From Promethearchaeota archaeon (GTDB lineage Archaea > Asgardarchaeota > Lokiarchaeia > Sigyniarchaeales > SOKP01), in the NCBI GenBank assembly GCA_030599585.1, contig JAUVNS010000002.1, forward strand, positions 256,001-320,000: DNA of 64,000 nt. Direction: 5' to 3'. Positions 8,282 to 18,612 of the stretch are shown piece by piece. A program made the translations under genes and the position numbers. How positions within the stretch are numbered: the first letter of the stretch is position 1; every line of letters begins with the position of its first letter. The notes under the pieces were generated by a model. The model was not told the DNA's origin and searched no databases. It worked only from the letters and a program-made list of their open reading frames with translations.

Positions 8282-9325
8282 TTAATATTTTCCAAATTTT
8301 TCTACTAAGGTTTTTGCAACTCCTAAATTTCTGCTTGCCATAGCAAATGGTTCCCAGGGCCACTCACATCCTGCGGCATACATAAACATCCCACTTGGTT
8401 TTCCAAATTCGATTGTTTTTTCCACTTCGCTAATAACATCACTAATTGAATAAGTTGTGCTTCCCAATATCTGCGTGTTAGTATTCCCTCTAATACAATT
8501 ATTTGTCCCGATCTTCTCTTTAGCTAATTTTAAGTCTATTTGATAATCTAAATCTAAAATTGCCGCGTTTGTATGTGATATTAACTTAAGCATGTCTCTC
8601 CCTTCCTTATCTATCACCGAATTATCGCCACACACATGGTATAACACCGGAACTTTACCTTGAATATTGTCGAATAGTTCTTTTGTTGCCTTCAAACAGC
8701 ATTTTTCATACCGCATTGGACCAATCTGAGATATTGCAGAATCACCAGCTCCAATAATATCCGCTCCAACTTCGATCTGCATTTTAGCGAACTCTTTTTG
8801 TATTGGTAGTATTCGATTTATGAGATCTTTTATTTTTTTTTCCCAATCATGATGTTTACATAACATCAGAACATTTACCATATCGAATAGGCAACAAATT
8901 TCAGCAAATGGGGCTTCTATCCATCCGACAATGCATTGTTCATCTCCAGCTTTTTCGCTCAATATTTTGACAGCGTTAACCCTATTCATTATTCTCTTGT
9001 TTGAATTTAAATCAGGTATTTCGAGCGAGTCAAATTCAGAAATTTTTAAATGTGATCTAGCTACAGGAGTATGACTGGACCAATCAATTTCTACACCCCA
9101 AGCGTTAGCTTCACGATACGCGTCTGTTGAGACATTAACATGGTCAATTCCAAAAAATTTAGCGCATTTTATTTGGGCACTAGCTAAAATTTCTGGGTTT
9201 TGACAATATTCGCGGTTATAATCAACATCCAAAAAAGATGCAGCTAAATGCATAATGAAGGGATTGAATGGTATTTTTTCCGGAATGCCTTTTATCGCTG
9301 AAAGGGTTAAATCTAATGAATTCAT
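8282..9325 (-). CDS. uroporphyrinogen decarboxylase / MtaA-CmuA methyltransferase family protein
   Basis: EANAWG, GWIEAPF, YHVCG, RGN and AAGCE (His-x-Cys...Cys Zn ligands). Confidence 0.85.
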   Translation of the reverse strand: MNSLDLTLSAIKGIPEKIPFNPFIMHLAASFLDVDYNREYCQNPEILASAQIKCAKFFGIDHVNVSTDAYREANAWGVEIDWSSHTPVARSHLKISEFDSLEIPDLNSNKRIMNRVNAVKILSEKAGDEQCIVGWIEAPFAEICCLFDMVNVLMLCKHHDWEKKIKDLINRILPIQKEFAKMQIEVGADIIGAGDSAISQIGPMRYEKCCLKATKELFDNIQGKVPVLYHVCGDNSVIDKEGRDMLKLISHTNAAILDLDYQIDLKLAKEKIGTNNCIRGNTNTQILGSTTYSISDVISEVEKTIEFGKPSGMFMYAAGCEWPWEPFAMASRNLGVAKTLVEKFGKY

Positions 9326-9333
9326 ATCAACTT

Positions 9334-9813
9334 TTAACTTGTAGAAATTTGTTTTTTAATTCTTTTTTTTCTTGTTTGTTGGAATTCAAGATATGCTCCA
9401 AAATCGTCATATGTGTCGATATACGCGACTTTTTGTACACCAGCAGTAATTCCTTCATGAACGACTAAATATCCTCGTTCTATATATTTTTTTACTAAGG
9501 CATCAACATCTTCAACAAATATACCAAAATGATGGAGGCCTTCTTTACCTGCATCAATAAACTCTTTAAAAATACATTCGCCCGCTATAAGTTGTATTAA
9601 TTCGATTTGAACGTTTAATGATCTACTAAAGCCAATCGTAGTTTGGATAATTGTTTCTTTACCTCGATAGTTATACGTAGTTGGTTTATTTTCCAGAAAA
9701 GCAAATTTAGGCAATCCGAAATTCTCTTCTAAAATGCGCGCTTGTTTTTTAATATCTCTATATACATATCCTAACTGATTAATTTTTAAATTTCCTAAAT
9801 TTAGTTCACTCAT
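9334..9813 (-). CDS. VOC/glyoxalase family protein (methylmalonyl-CoA epimerase-like)
   Basis: QLGYVYRD, QIELIQ, EGLHHFGIFV, YIDT, LEF. Confidence 0.85.
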   Translation of the reverse strand: MSELNLGNLKINQLGYVYRDIKKQARILEENFGLPKFAFLENKPTTYNYRGKETIIQTTIGFSRSLNVQIELIQLIAGECIFKEFIDAGKEGLHHFGIFVEDVDALVKKYIERGYLVVHEGITAGVQKVAYIDTYDDFGAYLEFQQTRKKRIKKQISTS

Positions 9814-9904
9814 TAATTCATAACCTATATCATAGTTTCTTCCAAAATTTATATTATATATTAAATTTGGATAACTTTTTATTTATAACAAATTTTTTTT
9901 TCTC

Positions 9905-11785
9905 ATGGAGAATTTAAGAGAAGCTAACATACCAAGACCAGAATACCCTAGACCTCAATTTGTAAGGGAAGGCAATTGGATTAACCTTAACGGAGAGTGG
10001 GATTTTAGTTTTGACGATGCAGATATAGGATTAAAAGAACGATGGTATAAAAAAGAAAACTCAAAGAATTTTGATAGAAAAATAATGGTTCCTTTTTGTT
10101 TTCAAAGCAAATTAAGTGGAATCGAAGATAATTCCTTTCATGATATAATATGGTATAGAAGAGTATTTGATATCCCTAAAAAATTCAATGATAAGAAAGT
10201 GTTACTTCATTTTGGAGCGGTTGATTATAGATGTTTGATATATTTAAATGGGGAATGTGTAGGCTCTCACGAAGGAGGATTTGTTGGATTTTCGCTGAAT
10301 ATAACACAATTTCTTGAAGGTCCAAATGTTTTAGTTGTTAGAGTAGAAGATCCTTCTGAAGATCTTGAGATTCCGAGAGGAAAACAGTTTTGGAAAACTG
10401 AAATTGAGACGATCTTTTATCCGAGAGTATCAGGTATTTGGCAAACGGTTTGGGTGGAATTTTTATCACCAGATTTTAGTATTGATAATGTTAAAATTAC
10501 TCCTGATATCGAAAAATCTGAAGTTATATTTGAAGTTAATATAGAGGGGCAAGGTTTTCCAAAGTTATCTTTAGGCATTAATATTTTGTCTGGTAATCAA
10601 TCCATTGCTCAAGATAGTATTAATTTAGATTTCATAGGAAAAATCGGTAGTAGAAAGAATAAGAAAGTCTTGAAAGAAAAGATTGAACTGTTCAGCAAAA
10701 AAATGTTCTATGATAATCTATTTCGCTTTAGATTCATGGTCAAAATACCCGAAGATCAATTAGTTCTTTGGGATATTAATAGCCCATATTTGTATGACTT
10801 CTCACTAAAAATTCAAAATGATGAAACAGGTGAAATTTATGACGAGATATCAAGTTATTTCGGCATGAGGAAGATATCATTGGGGGATGGAAATAATCAA
10901 AAAAGAATTTTTCTAAATGATAAACCTTTATATCAAAAATTGTTTCTGGTGCAAGGATATTGGCCTGATAGTTTATATACTCCCCCCTCTGATGAACACA
11001 TAAAAAGAGATATTCAATTTGTTATCGATTTTGGATTTAACGGTTTAAGAACACATCAAAAAACCTTTGATCCCCGATTTTTATATTGGTGTGATAAAAT
11101 GGGCGTATTAGTGTGGGGCGAAATCGGAAATTGTTACCGATTCTCTGTGAAATCACAACTACGACTTATTAACGAATTTGTAGCTGAAATTGAGCGAGAT
11201 TATAACCACCCTTCAATTATTGCCTGGGTACCCTTAAACGAAGGTTGGGGGGTTTCTGGAGCAGAAAAAGATCCAAAAAGAGGTTATTATACATCTTCCT
11301 TATATTTCTTAATAAAATCCATTGATTCCACTCGATTAATAATAGATGACGATGGGTGGTGGCATACGGAGCATAACGATATATGTACCCGACACTTTTA
11401 TTCTACATCTGATTTATTACCAGCAACATTAGATGAAGAAATTAGTAGTCATAAAACCTCGGCTCCTAAACCATATCTAAAACCCTCTGAATACAAAGGT
11501 GAACCTATAATTTACAGTGAAATAGGAGGATTTGGTTTTGATTTCAAAGAAGATATTAGTAAAAAATGGGGATATGGAGGACTTATTGAAGATCCTGAAG
11601 AATTATTTGAAAGGGTATTAACATTACTTAAGGAATTCGATGTTAGAAAAGAGTGGATTCAAGGATTTTGTTATACTGAACTTTACGACCAATTTCAGGA
11701 AATTAATGGTTTACTAACATTTGACCGAGAACCTAAATTTCCACCTAAAAAATTAAAAGAAAAACTAGATGCTATGTTTTACTAA
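9905..11785 (+). CDS. glycoside hydrolase family 2 (beta-galactosidase/glucuronidase-like)
   Basis: PRPEYPRPQ, LNGEW, LHFGAVDY, SGIWQTV, FGMR, NHPSIIAW, NEGWG acid/base, SEIGG nucleophile. Confidence 0.92.
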   Translation: MENLREANIPRPEYPRPQFVREGNWINLNGEWDFSFDDADIGLKERWYKKENSKNFDRKIMVPFCFQSKLSGIEDNSFHDIIWYRRVFDIPKKFNDKKVLLHFGAVDYRCLIYLNGECVGSHEGGFVGFSLNITQFLEGPNVLVVRVEDPSEDLEIPRGKQFWKTEIETIFYPRVSGIWQTVWVEFLSPDFSIDNVKITPDIEKSEVIFEVNIEGQGFPKLSLGINILSGNQSIAQDSINLDFIGKIGSRKNKKVLKEKIELFSKKMFYDNLFRFRFMVKIPEDQLVLWDINSPYLYDFSLKIQNDETGEIYDEISSYFGMRKISLGDGNNQKRIFLNDKPLYQKLFLVQGYWPDSLYTPPSDEHIKRDIQFVIDFGFNGLRTHQKTFDPRFLYWCDKMGVLVWGEIGNCYRFSVKSQLRLINEFVAEIERDYNHPSIIAWVPLNEGWGVSGAEKDPKRGYYTSSLYFLIKSIDSTRLIIDDDGWWHTEHNDICTRHFYSTSDLLPATLDEEISSHKTSAPKPYLKPSEYKGEPIIYSEIGGFGFDFKEDISKKWGYGGLIEDPEELFERVLTLLKEFDVRKEWIQGFCYTELYDQFQEINGLLTFDREPKFPPKKLKEKLDAMFY

Positions 11786-11798
11786 CCTAGTTTTATAT
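11785..11798. repeat. 14-bp direct repeat ACCTAGTTTTATAT, copy 1 (contains TATA-like TTTTATAT)
   Basis: Identical to 12671-12684. Confidence 0.8.
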
Positions 11799-11860
11799 TT
11801 CTTCCAGAATATTACATATTAAAGTTAGACTAGAATAGAATTAGTGGGATTGAAAATATT

Positions 11861-12676
11861 ATGGCCCGCCCTTTATGGTTTGTAAATTTATTGAAATTTA
11901 CGTTTCCAAATATAAAATTAATTGCAAAATTGACAAGGATTCCTATTATAGGAAAAGTTTTTGATTTATTACTTTTTGAAGGAGACGAAATCATTTACTT
12001 AACGAAAGATCGAATTATTTCAATCAATAAAGAAATTGAGAAACAAGGGGAAATGGTGTTGCCCTCAAAAGTTTTGGAACACTTCATAGAAAAAGCTAAC
12101 TATCATTGGGTAATGAATTTCTGTATATGTAGAGATTCAATGCAGTGTAATGACTATCCAATTGATTTAGGATGTTTATTTCTGGGAGAAGCTGTTTTAG
12201 GAATTAACCCTCAATTGGGACACCTTGTATCAAAGGAAGAAGCCCTTGATCACCTAAGAAAATGTAAGGAAGCGGGATTAGTTCATATGATAGGCAGAAA
12301 TCGATTAGATAAGCAATGGCTTGGAGTAAAGCCAGGACATAAACTTCTTAGTATATGTAATTGCGATCCTTGTTGTTGTTTATGGCGTATATCTCCCGTA
12401 TTAGCCTCTAAGATTGGTGTTAAAATACAAAAAATGCCTGGAGTAGCCCTAAAGGTGACGGAAAAATGTATAGGGTGTGGAACTTGCATGCAAGGAATTT
12501 GTTTTGTCGATGCGATTCACATGGTTGACAACCATGCTAGTATAAGTAAAGAATGTAGAGGTTGTGGTCGATGTGTTGAGATTTGCCCTCAAAAAGCAAT
12601 TGAAATAACTATAAATGATATTGAGTTTGTCGAGAAATCAATCAAACAAATTGAAAGAATTATTGACGTTACCTAG
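11861..12676 (+). CDS. 4Fe-4S dicluster-containing protein
   Basis: CICR, ICNCDPCCC, CIGCGTC..C, CRGCGRCVEICP. Confidence 0.88.
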   Translation: MARPLWFVNLLKFTFPNIKLIAKLTRIPIIGKVFDLLLFEGDEIIYLTKDRIISINKEIEKQGEMVLPSKVLEHFIEKANYHWVMNFCICRDSMQCNDYPIDLGCLFLGEAVLGINPQLGHLVSKEEALDHLRKCKEAGLVHMIGRNRLDKQWLGVKPGHKLLSICNCDPCCCLWRISPVLASKIGVKIQKMPGVALKVTEKCIGCGTCMQGICFVDAIHMVDNHASISKECRGCGRCVEICPQKAIEITINDIEFVEKSIKQIERIIDVT

Positions 12677-12684
12677 TTTTATAT
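12671..12684. repeat. 14-bp direct repeat copy 2; probable TATA box of a leaderless aminotransferase transcript
   Basis: ACCTAGTTTTATAT ends 26 nt before ATG 12711. Confidence 0.75.
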
Positions 12685-12710
12685 CTTACCAATCTTAATT
12701 CATTAATGAA

Positions 12711-13829
12711 ATGAGGATTAAGGACTTCAAATTGGAAGATTATTTCGCAAAGTATGAATTTAACGTTAAATATACACTTTGTTCTTCGGATTGCGAATCA
12801 TTTAGCGTAGACGAATTGTTAAATATAGAAAAGGGTTCCTTAGAAGATTTTAAAAAAGTTTGGTTAGGGTATACTGAATCTTTAGGCAATCCGATATTGA
12901 GAGAAGAAATATCGAAATTGTATCGAAATATTAATCCTGAAGAAGTTATTGTATTTTCCGGGGCTGAAGAGGCTATTTTTATATTTATGAATGTTTTATT
13001 GAAAAAGGACGACCATATAATTGTTCAGTATCCAGCATACCAATCTCTCTACGAAATAGCTAATGCGATTGGATGTAAAGTTACGAAGTGGTTAATGGAC
13101 GATGAGACTGATTGGGAACTTGATTTACAATTTTTAGAATCTAACCTAACTCAATCTACAAAATGTATTGTTGTTAACTTCCCTCATAATCCTACTGGTT
13201 ACCTTCCTACTGAAGATTTTTATAAAAGAATAATTAATATCGCAAAAAAAAATAACATTTATGTGCTTTCTGATGAAGTATATAGACTCTTAGAGTATAG
13301 TAGAGCCGAAAGATTGCCTCCTGCTTGCGATCTTTACGATAAAGGAATTTCCATTGGTGTAATGTCCAAATCTTTTGGTTTAGCGGGATTAAGAATTGGG
13401 TGGATTGCATCAAAAGACAGAGAGCTATATGAAGCAATGGCCTCTTTTAAGAATTATACGACTATTTGTAATAGTGCTCCAAGTGAGTTCTTTTCGATAT
13501 TAGCTCTGAGAAATAAGGATATTATAATTAAGAGGAATTTAGAGATTATTAAAAATAACCTCAAATTTTTAGACGAATTCTTTAGTAAATTTGATAAATT
13601 TTTTACTTGGGTAAGGCCTAAAGCGGGTTCGGTTGCTTTTCCAGGGTTGCTAATTGAACAGGATACTGAAAAATTTTGTCTTGATTTATTAGAAAAGAAA
13701 GGAGTGTTATTAATGCCAAGCACTCAATTCAATTATGGAACCTCCCACTTTAGAATTGGATTTGGTCGGAAGAACTTACCTGATGCCTTACAGCATTTTG
13801 ATAACTTTATGACTGAAAATTATGGCTAA
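12711..13829 (+). CDS. PLP-dependent aminotransferase class I/II
   Basis: NFPHNPTG, SDEVY, MSKSFGLAGLRIGW, FRIGFG. Confidence 0.92.
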   Translation: MRIKDFKLEDYFAKYEFNVKYTLCSSDCESFSVDELLNIEKGSLEDFKKVWLGYTESLGNPILREEISKLYRNINPEEVIVFSGAEEAIFIFMNVLLKKDDHIIVQYPAYQSLYEIANAIGCKVTKWLMDDETDWELDLQFLESNLTQSTKCIVVNFPHNPTGYLPTEDFYKRIINIAKKNNIYVLSDEVYRLLEYSRAERLPPACDLYDKGISIGVMSKSFGLAGLRIGWIASKDRELYEAMASFKNYTTICNSAPSEFFSILALRNKDIIIKRNLEIIKNNLKFLDEFFSKFDKFFTWVRPKAGSVAFPGLLIEQDTEKFCLDLLEKKGVLLMPSTQFNYGTSHFRIGFGRKNLPDALQHFDNFMTENYG

Positions 13830-14158
13830 TAATAATTGTAGAACATTTTCAATGGTTATCTGGGAGAAATTCTGAAATATTTACTATTGAATTTTTGAAT
13901 ACTTAAACTATAAAGGCAATGTAACTCTCTTTTACTAAATATTGGGTTATTTTTTAGTAATTATTACTTCTTAATATTGAAGATTTATTCATCGATTTAA
14001 ATGATGCTTTTTTGATAAATGCATCAATTCTAATTTCTTCCTTTGAGATGGGGTAGTTAATTATTTTAGTGAATATTCCCGCTCATAGATTTATCCATAA
14101 TAAAACAATGATATATGAGTAGGTTATACCCATAAAAGAAAGAATAATATGAATAAAA

Positions 14159-15580
14159 ATGTTAAAAGAAACACAAAGAATGACCGGAACGGTCAAATGG
14201 TATAATGAGAAGAAAGGGTTTGGATTTATAACCCTTGATAGGGATGGTAAGGATATTTTTTTACACCATACTGCCCTGCAACCAAATGAAGATAATAATA
14301 TCACTAGTGGTGATAGCCTTACTTTCACAATTAAACCACAAAAAAAAGGTCTTGCTGCTAAGGAAGTAACACGGTTAGACGAAGTTGTGCAATCTAAGAT
14401 ATCAAAAAAAAATAAACCATTACAATACAACCAAATTGATAGTGGTTTAAAATTTGCTGATCTTGATTTAGACTCTAAGATTTTAGAGGCAGTAAGAGAT
14501 TCGGGATATGAGGCTCCGACACCAATTCAAGCTCAAGCAATCCCTATTATATTGAATGGAAAAGATATACTAGGTTGTGCTCAGACAGGGACTGGAAAAA
14601 CTGCTGCTTTCGCTCTTCCTATCTTGCAACGATTAGTTAGTACAAAGAACAATAATAACATGAAAACCAAGCGTAAAATCAGTGTTTTAGTAGTTGCTCC
14701 TACAAGAGAGCTTGCAATCCAAATTAAAGACAGTTTTAATATTTATGGAAAATATACTGGACTTAGAAATACTGTTGTATATGGAGGGGTTGGACAAAAC
14801 CCACAAGTGAAAAAATTACAACAAGGAGTAGACATTTTGATTGCAACTCCTGGTAGACTTCTTGATTTGATCAGACAAGGTCATATTAACCTCGGTTATG
14901 TTGAATTTTTGATTCTAGACGAAGGTGATAGAATGCTTGATATGGGTTTCATCAAAGATATACGTACAATCATTAACTATATACCTAAGAACCGACAGAC
15001 CCTACTTTTTTCTGCTACGATACCACCTGAAGTTAAAAAGCTGGCCAATAGTATTCTAAATGCACCCATAAGAATAGATATATCACCAGAACAACCAACC
15101 TTGGAAAGTCTTAAACAATCTGTATTTTTAATATCCAAAAATAAAAAGCAAGCATTATTGCAAAAGTTACTCCTCGATAAATCGATTAAACGAGCATTAG
15201 TTTTTATGCGCACAAAACACGGCGCCAATCGAGTTGTTAAGAATTTAAAAAAGAAGGGAATACGCACTGATGCTATACACGGGAATAAATCACAAAGTGC
15301 ACGTCAAAAAGCGCTTCAAAGCTTTCGTACTGGAGCAATACGTGTTCTAGTAGCTACAGATGTCGCTTCTCGCGGAATCGATGTAGATGAAATCTCACAC
15401 GTCATACAATTTGATTTACCAAATGAACCGGAAACTTTTTTACATCGCATTGGGAGGACGGCAAGAGCAGGTGCTGGAGGGACAGCCTACGCTTTCTGCG
15501 AGGAGACTGAACTGCCCAAGTTAAAAAAAATCGAGAAGTTAATTCGAATGCGATTAAAAATAGTAAAAAATTATATCTAA
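14159..15580 (+). CDS. cold-shock domain / DEAD-box RNA helicase fusion (RhlE-like core)
   Basis: GTVKWYNEKKGFGFI..DIFLHH (CSD RNP1/2); Q motif PTPIQ, AQTGTGKT, PTRELA, TPGRL, DEGD, SAT, SRGID, HRIGRTAR. Confidence 0.92.
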   Translation: MLKETQRMTGTVKWYNEKKGFGFITLDRDGKDIFLHHTALQPNEDNNITSGDSLTFTIKPQKKGLAAKEVTRLDEVVQSKISKKNKPLQYNQIDSGLKFADLDLDSKILEAVRDSGYEAPTPIQAQAIPIILNGKDILGCAQTGTGKTAAFALPILQRLVSTKNNNNMKTKRKISVLVVAPTRELAIQIKDSFNIYGKYTGLRNTVVYGGVGQNPQVKKLQQGVDILIATPGRLLDLIRQGHINLGYVEFLILDEGDRMLDMGFIKDIRTIINYIPKNRQTLLFSATIPPEVKKLANSILNAPIRIDISPEQPTLESLKQSVFLISKNKKQALLQKLLLDKSIKRALVFMRTKHGANRVVKNLKKKGIRTDAIHGNKSQSARQKALQSFRTGAIRVLVATDVASRGIDVDEISHVIQFDLPNEPETFLHRIGRTARAGAGGTAYAFCEETELPKLKKIEKLIRMRLKIVKNYI

Positions 15581-15789
15581 ATCGTTAAATTTACGAGTAG
15601 TCTATTTATTCTTACTATTCTTTCGGCTTTTATATTAAAAGCTGGATTAATAGAAATAAATTAACGCTGCCAAAGATTCCTAAGACGATCCAAGTATAAA
15701 AACCCACAACTGTCGAATCTTTCGTCTTTTTTTTCATGATAAATCCTACTGTATGGACAATAAAGCTTGCTGAAGATAGTGTGTATGCT

Positions 15790-15954
15790 TTCTGTTTAGA
15801 CCTCTTGAAAGAAAAAAGTGTGTTGTTAATGCCAAGCACTTACTACGATTATGGTGATCGCCATTTCAGTATAGAATTTGGGAGAAAAAATATGCCAGAA
15901 GCATTACAAATGTTAGAACTATATATTAAAGAAAAATACAAAGACCTATTCTAG
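15790..15954 (+). pseudogene. diverged duplicate of the aminotransferase 3' end
   Basis: FCLDLLKEKSVLLMPSTYYDYGDRHFSIEFGRKNMPEALQ versus FCLDLLEKKGVLLMPSTQFNYGTSHFRIGFGRKNLPDALQ in 12711..13829. Confidence 0.85.
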
Positions 15955-15963
15955 ATGATCATG

Positions 15964-16848
15964 TTATATGTCTAATCCATTCATTTTCCCTAGAACTTTA
16001 TATAATCCTTGACTTCCTAAGTTCTCTAAACCTAAAGCCATAGCGTACATATAAAATTGATATGCGAGAGCAAGCCCGGGTAAAGACAAATTCATTAATT
16101 TTGCTTCTTTTAGTGCGATTCCCATATCTTTTACGAAGTGTTTAATAAAAAATCCAGGTTCAAAATTACTTTTGGCAATTCGAGGACCTAAATTGTTTAT
16201 TGACCAACATTCCGCAGCGCCCTTTCCAATTACGTTAATTACTTCGTTTAAGTCATTTCCAGCTTTATAGGCATATAAAAGGGATTCGATAGTGCCAATC
16301 ATTGTAGAAGCTATAAGAATTTGATTACTCATTTTAGTGTGTTGTCCTGCACCTTCTTTACCCATATACGAGATGTTTTTTCCCATTAAATTGAAGAAGG
16401 GTAATACTGTTTCATATGCTTCTTTATCACCACCAATCATAATAGCTAAAGTCCCGTTTTTTGCACCAACATCTCCACCCGAAACTGGCGCATCTAAAGA
16501 TGACACTCCCAATTTCTTCGCCTCGTTATAAATCCTTTGAGCGAGAGAAGGCTCAGAAGTAGTCATATCAACAATAATTGATTTTTTTTTTATTGTTTTT
16601 AAAATACCATTTTCTCCTAAATACACCTCCTCAACATCAAGAGGAAATCCTACAATCGTAAATAGAATGTCACTTTTTTCAGCAACTTCTTTAGGACTTG
16701 AGCACCAAATGGCACCTATTTGGACTAAATCATCAGCTTTTTCTTTTGTCCTATTATATACTGAAACAGAATATCCAGCGTTCAAGATATGAGCGCACAT
16801 CGATTTTCCCATTACACCTGTTCCTATCCAGCCAATATGTTTATCCAT
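15964..16848 (-). CDS. beta-hydroxyacid dehydrogenase (3-hydroxyisobutyrate / 2-hydroxy-3-oxopropionate reductase family)
   Basis: GWIGTGVMG, DAPVSGGD, GAGQHTKMSNQ, KHFVKDMGIAL. Confidence 0.92.
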   Translation of the reverse strand: MDKHIGWIGTGVMGKSMCAHILNAGYSVSVYNRTKEKADDLVQIGAIWCSSPKEVAEKSDILFTIVGFPLDVEEVYLGENGILKTIKKKSIIVDMTTSEPSLAQRIYNEAKKLGVSSLDAPVSGGDVGAKNGTLAIMIGGDKEAYETVLPFFNLMGKNISYMGKEGAGQHTKMSNQILIASTMIGTIESLLYAYKAGNDLNEVINVIGKGAAECWSINNLGPRIAKSNFEPGFFIKHFVKDMGIALKEAKLMNLSLPGLALAYQFYMYAMALGLENLGSQGLYKVLGKMNGLDI

Positions 16849-16967
16849 ATATTATTAACACCATTTTTATTAAACTACTTTAGTAATTAAAGAAGAGATT
16901 AGTTTAAATAAATTAGTAAACTTTTTCATAAAAATATATATGAGATATTAAGAGTTATATGTAGAAT

Positions 16968-18416
16968 TTATACCCAAAACAGATTTCCTTTTTTGACATT
17001 TTCATTTCTTGTTCTATGTTTAAGCGCAGAAACCGCTTGAACTGTTTCTTTAATTGAATGAAACACGGGGATGTAAGCGAGTTCAAGAGATTCGATTATT
17101 ATTGAGTATTTTGGTACGTATGGAACAAAACACACTACAGGCTTATTTTTCGTTGAAACTATGTTTGCTATCCGTCTTCCTATTTGAAAAGAGATATTAG
17201 GAGGATATGGAAGCAATAACAAGATTATACATTCAATTCGCTCAATATCTGATAAATACCTTAGTACGTCTACAATATCAGTATCTACTACTGAGCCCGT
17301 CAAATCTATTGGATTATTAAATGAAGCGATTTCTCTTGCTGATGGGTTCATTAACTCTTTTAAATCTTTTTTCTCTTGTCTTTCAAGTTTCACTGCATTC
17401 AAACCATACTTTTTCAACATGTCTGAGGCAATTACGCCGTGTCCACCTGAAACTGACATAATTACGACATTTCCATATGTAATCACATTTTCCCCAAAAG
17501 GATTTTTTCGATGAGATAAAACATCGTAAACTTTTAGGCTCGTCAATAGCTCTCTCTCTGAGTTAGGCAGGATTATTTGATTCTGTCTAAACGCAGCACT
17601 AAGGATTTTGTAATTGCCTGCTAAACTAGCTGTGTGTGACTGAGTAGCAACTTTTCCTTCCCGCGTTTTTCCCCCCATAAATACGATAACGGTATCATCA
17701 GACTCTTTAGCAAGTTTTAGGAATTCTCTTGCTCGGCCCTCCTTAAATCCTTCTAAATAAAATGCAATATTTGATGTCTCAGTATCTACTTTACTGAAAT
17801 ACTCCAAGAGCATTACCTCATCAACGACCGCTCGATTACCAATGGAAACCGCTGTGGAAACACCGATATGTCTCTCAAAAAATTTATTGAAAAATTGATC
17901 AACAAGTACACCACCGCTTTGACTTATTAATGCCACAGATCCTTTTGGAGGTCTAGTTATTCTTTCTGTAGGGAGGAAAATCGTGTCAACCAAAGGAGGT
18001 GCGTAGACACCCAGGCAGTTTGGGCCAAGCACGGCGATATCGTTATCGAAAGCTATTTTTTCGAGTTGTTGTTGCCTTTTCTTCCCCTTTCCACCTATTT
18101 CAGCAAAACCACCACCTACTATGACGCAAGAAGGGATATTTAAATCAACACAATCTTGAATGTATCCTAAAGTATCGTCTGGTCCGACTGCAATAACCAC
18201 TAGGTCAGGAATTTCGGGTAATTTATCTAATTTTTCGTATAATTGAATTCCTTCAAGATCTCCACCCGTTGGATATATGCCATATACCTTTACATTCATT
18301 TCAAACTCGTTTTTTAACAGAACAATTCTTCCTGGGCTAAGGGGATTTTTTTTTGAAATCCCTACAACTGCCATTGATTTTGGTTTAAATAACTTCTCTA
18401 AGTCCATTTTTATCAT
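16968..18416 (-). CDS. acdA: ADP-forming acyl-CoA synthetase alpha subunit
   Basis: LFKPKSMAVVG, GGFAE, LGPNCLG, ISQSGG, SHTASLAG (phospho-His), NPIDLTG. Confidence 0.85.
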   Translation of the reverse strand: MIKMDLEKLFKPKSMAVVGISKKNPLSPGRIVLLKNEFEMNVKVYGIYPTGGDLEGIQLYEKLDKLPEIPDLVVIAVGPDDTLGYIQDCVDLNIPSCVIVGGGFAEIGGKGKKRQQQLEKIAFDNDIAVLGPNCLGVYAPPLVDTIFLPTERITRPPKGSVALISQSGGVLVDQFFNKFFERHIGVSTAVSIGNRAVVDEVMLLEYFSKVDTETSNIAFYLEGFKEGRAREFLKLAKESDDTVIVFMGGKTREGKVATQSHTASLAGNYKILSAAFRQNQIILPNSERELLTSLKVYDVLSHRKNPFGENVITYGNVVIMSVSGGHGVIASDMLKKYGLNAVKLERQEKKDLKELMNPSAREIASFNNPIDLTGSVVDTDIVDVLRYLSDIERIECIILLLLPYPPNISFQIGRRIANIVSTKNKPVVCFVPYVPKYSIIIESLELAYIPVFHSIKETVQAVSALKHRTRNENVKKGNLFWV

Positions 18417-18612
18417 TTAGGAGATATTAATTAGTTTGTAGATCGAATTAATAGAATCTCGAATTATAAAAAAAACAATATTATTCTTTTAATGGGGTTT
18501 TTTCATAATAAAATTAATGGACTGTTTTAGGAGAAAAAAGAGAATTTCTCATCTAAATATTTATTAAGTGTAAAACTGAATATGATTAACAATAAAAAAT
18601 TTATAAAAAAAA

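Noticed and set aside
14000-14030. GATGC..GCATC hairpin as a cold-shock 5' UTR thermosensor
   Set aside because: Weak stem in AT-rich DNA, more than 120 nt from the start, with no supporting evidence.
15736-15954. Independent 72-aa gene
   Set aside because: Chimeric frame: only 15790 onward is an aminotransferase remnant, and the 5' part is antisense to a membrane-protein fragment.
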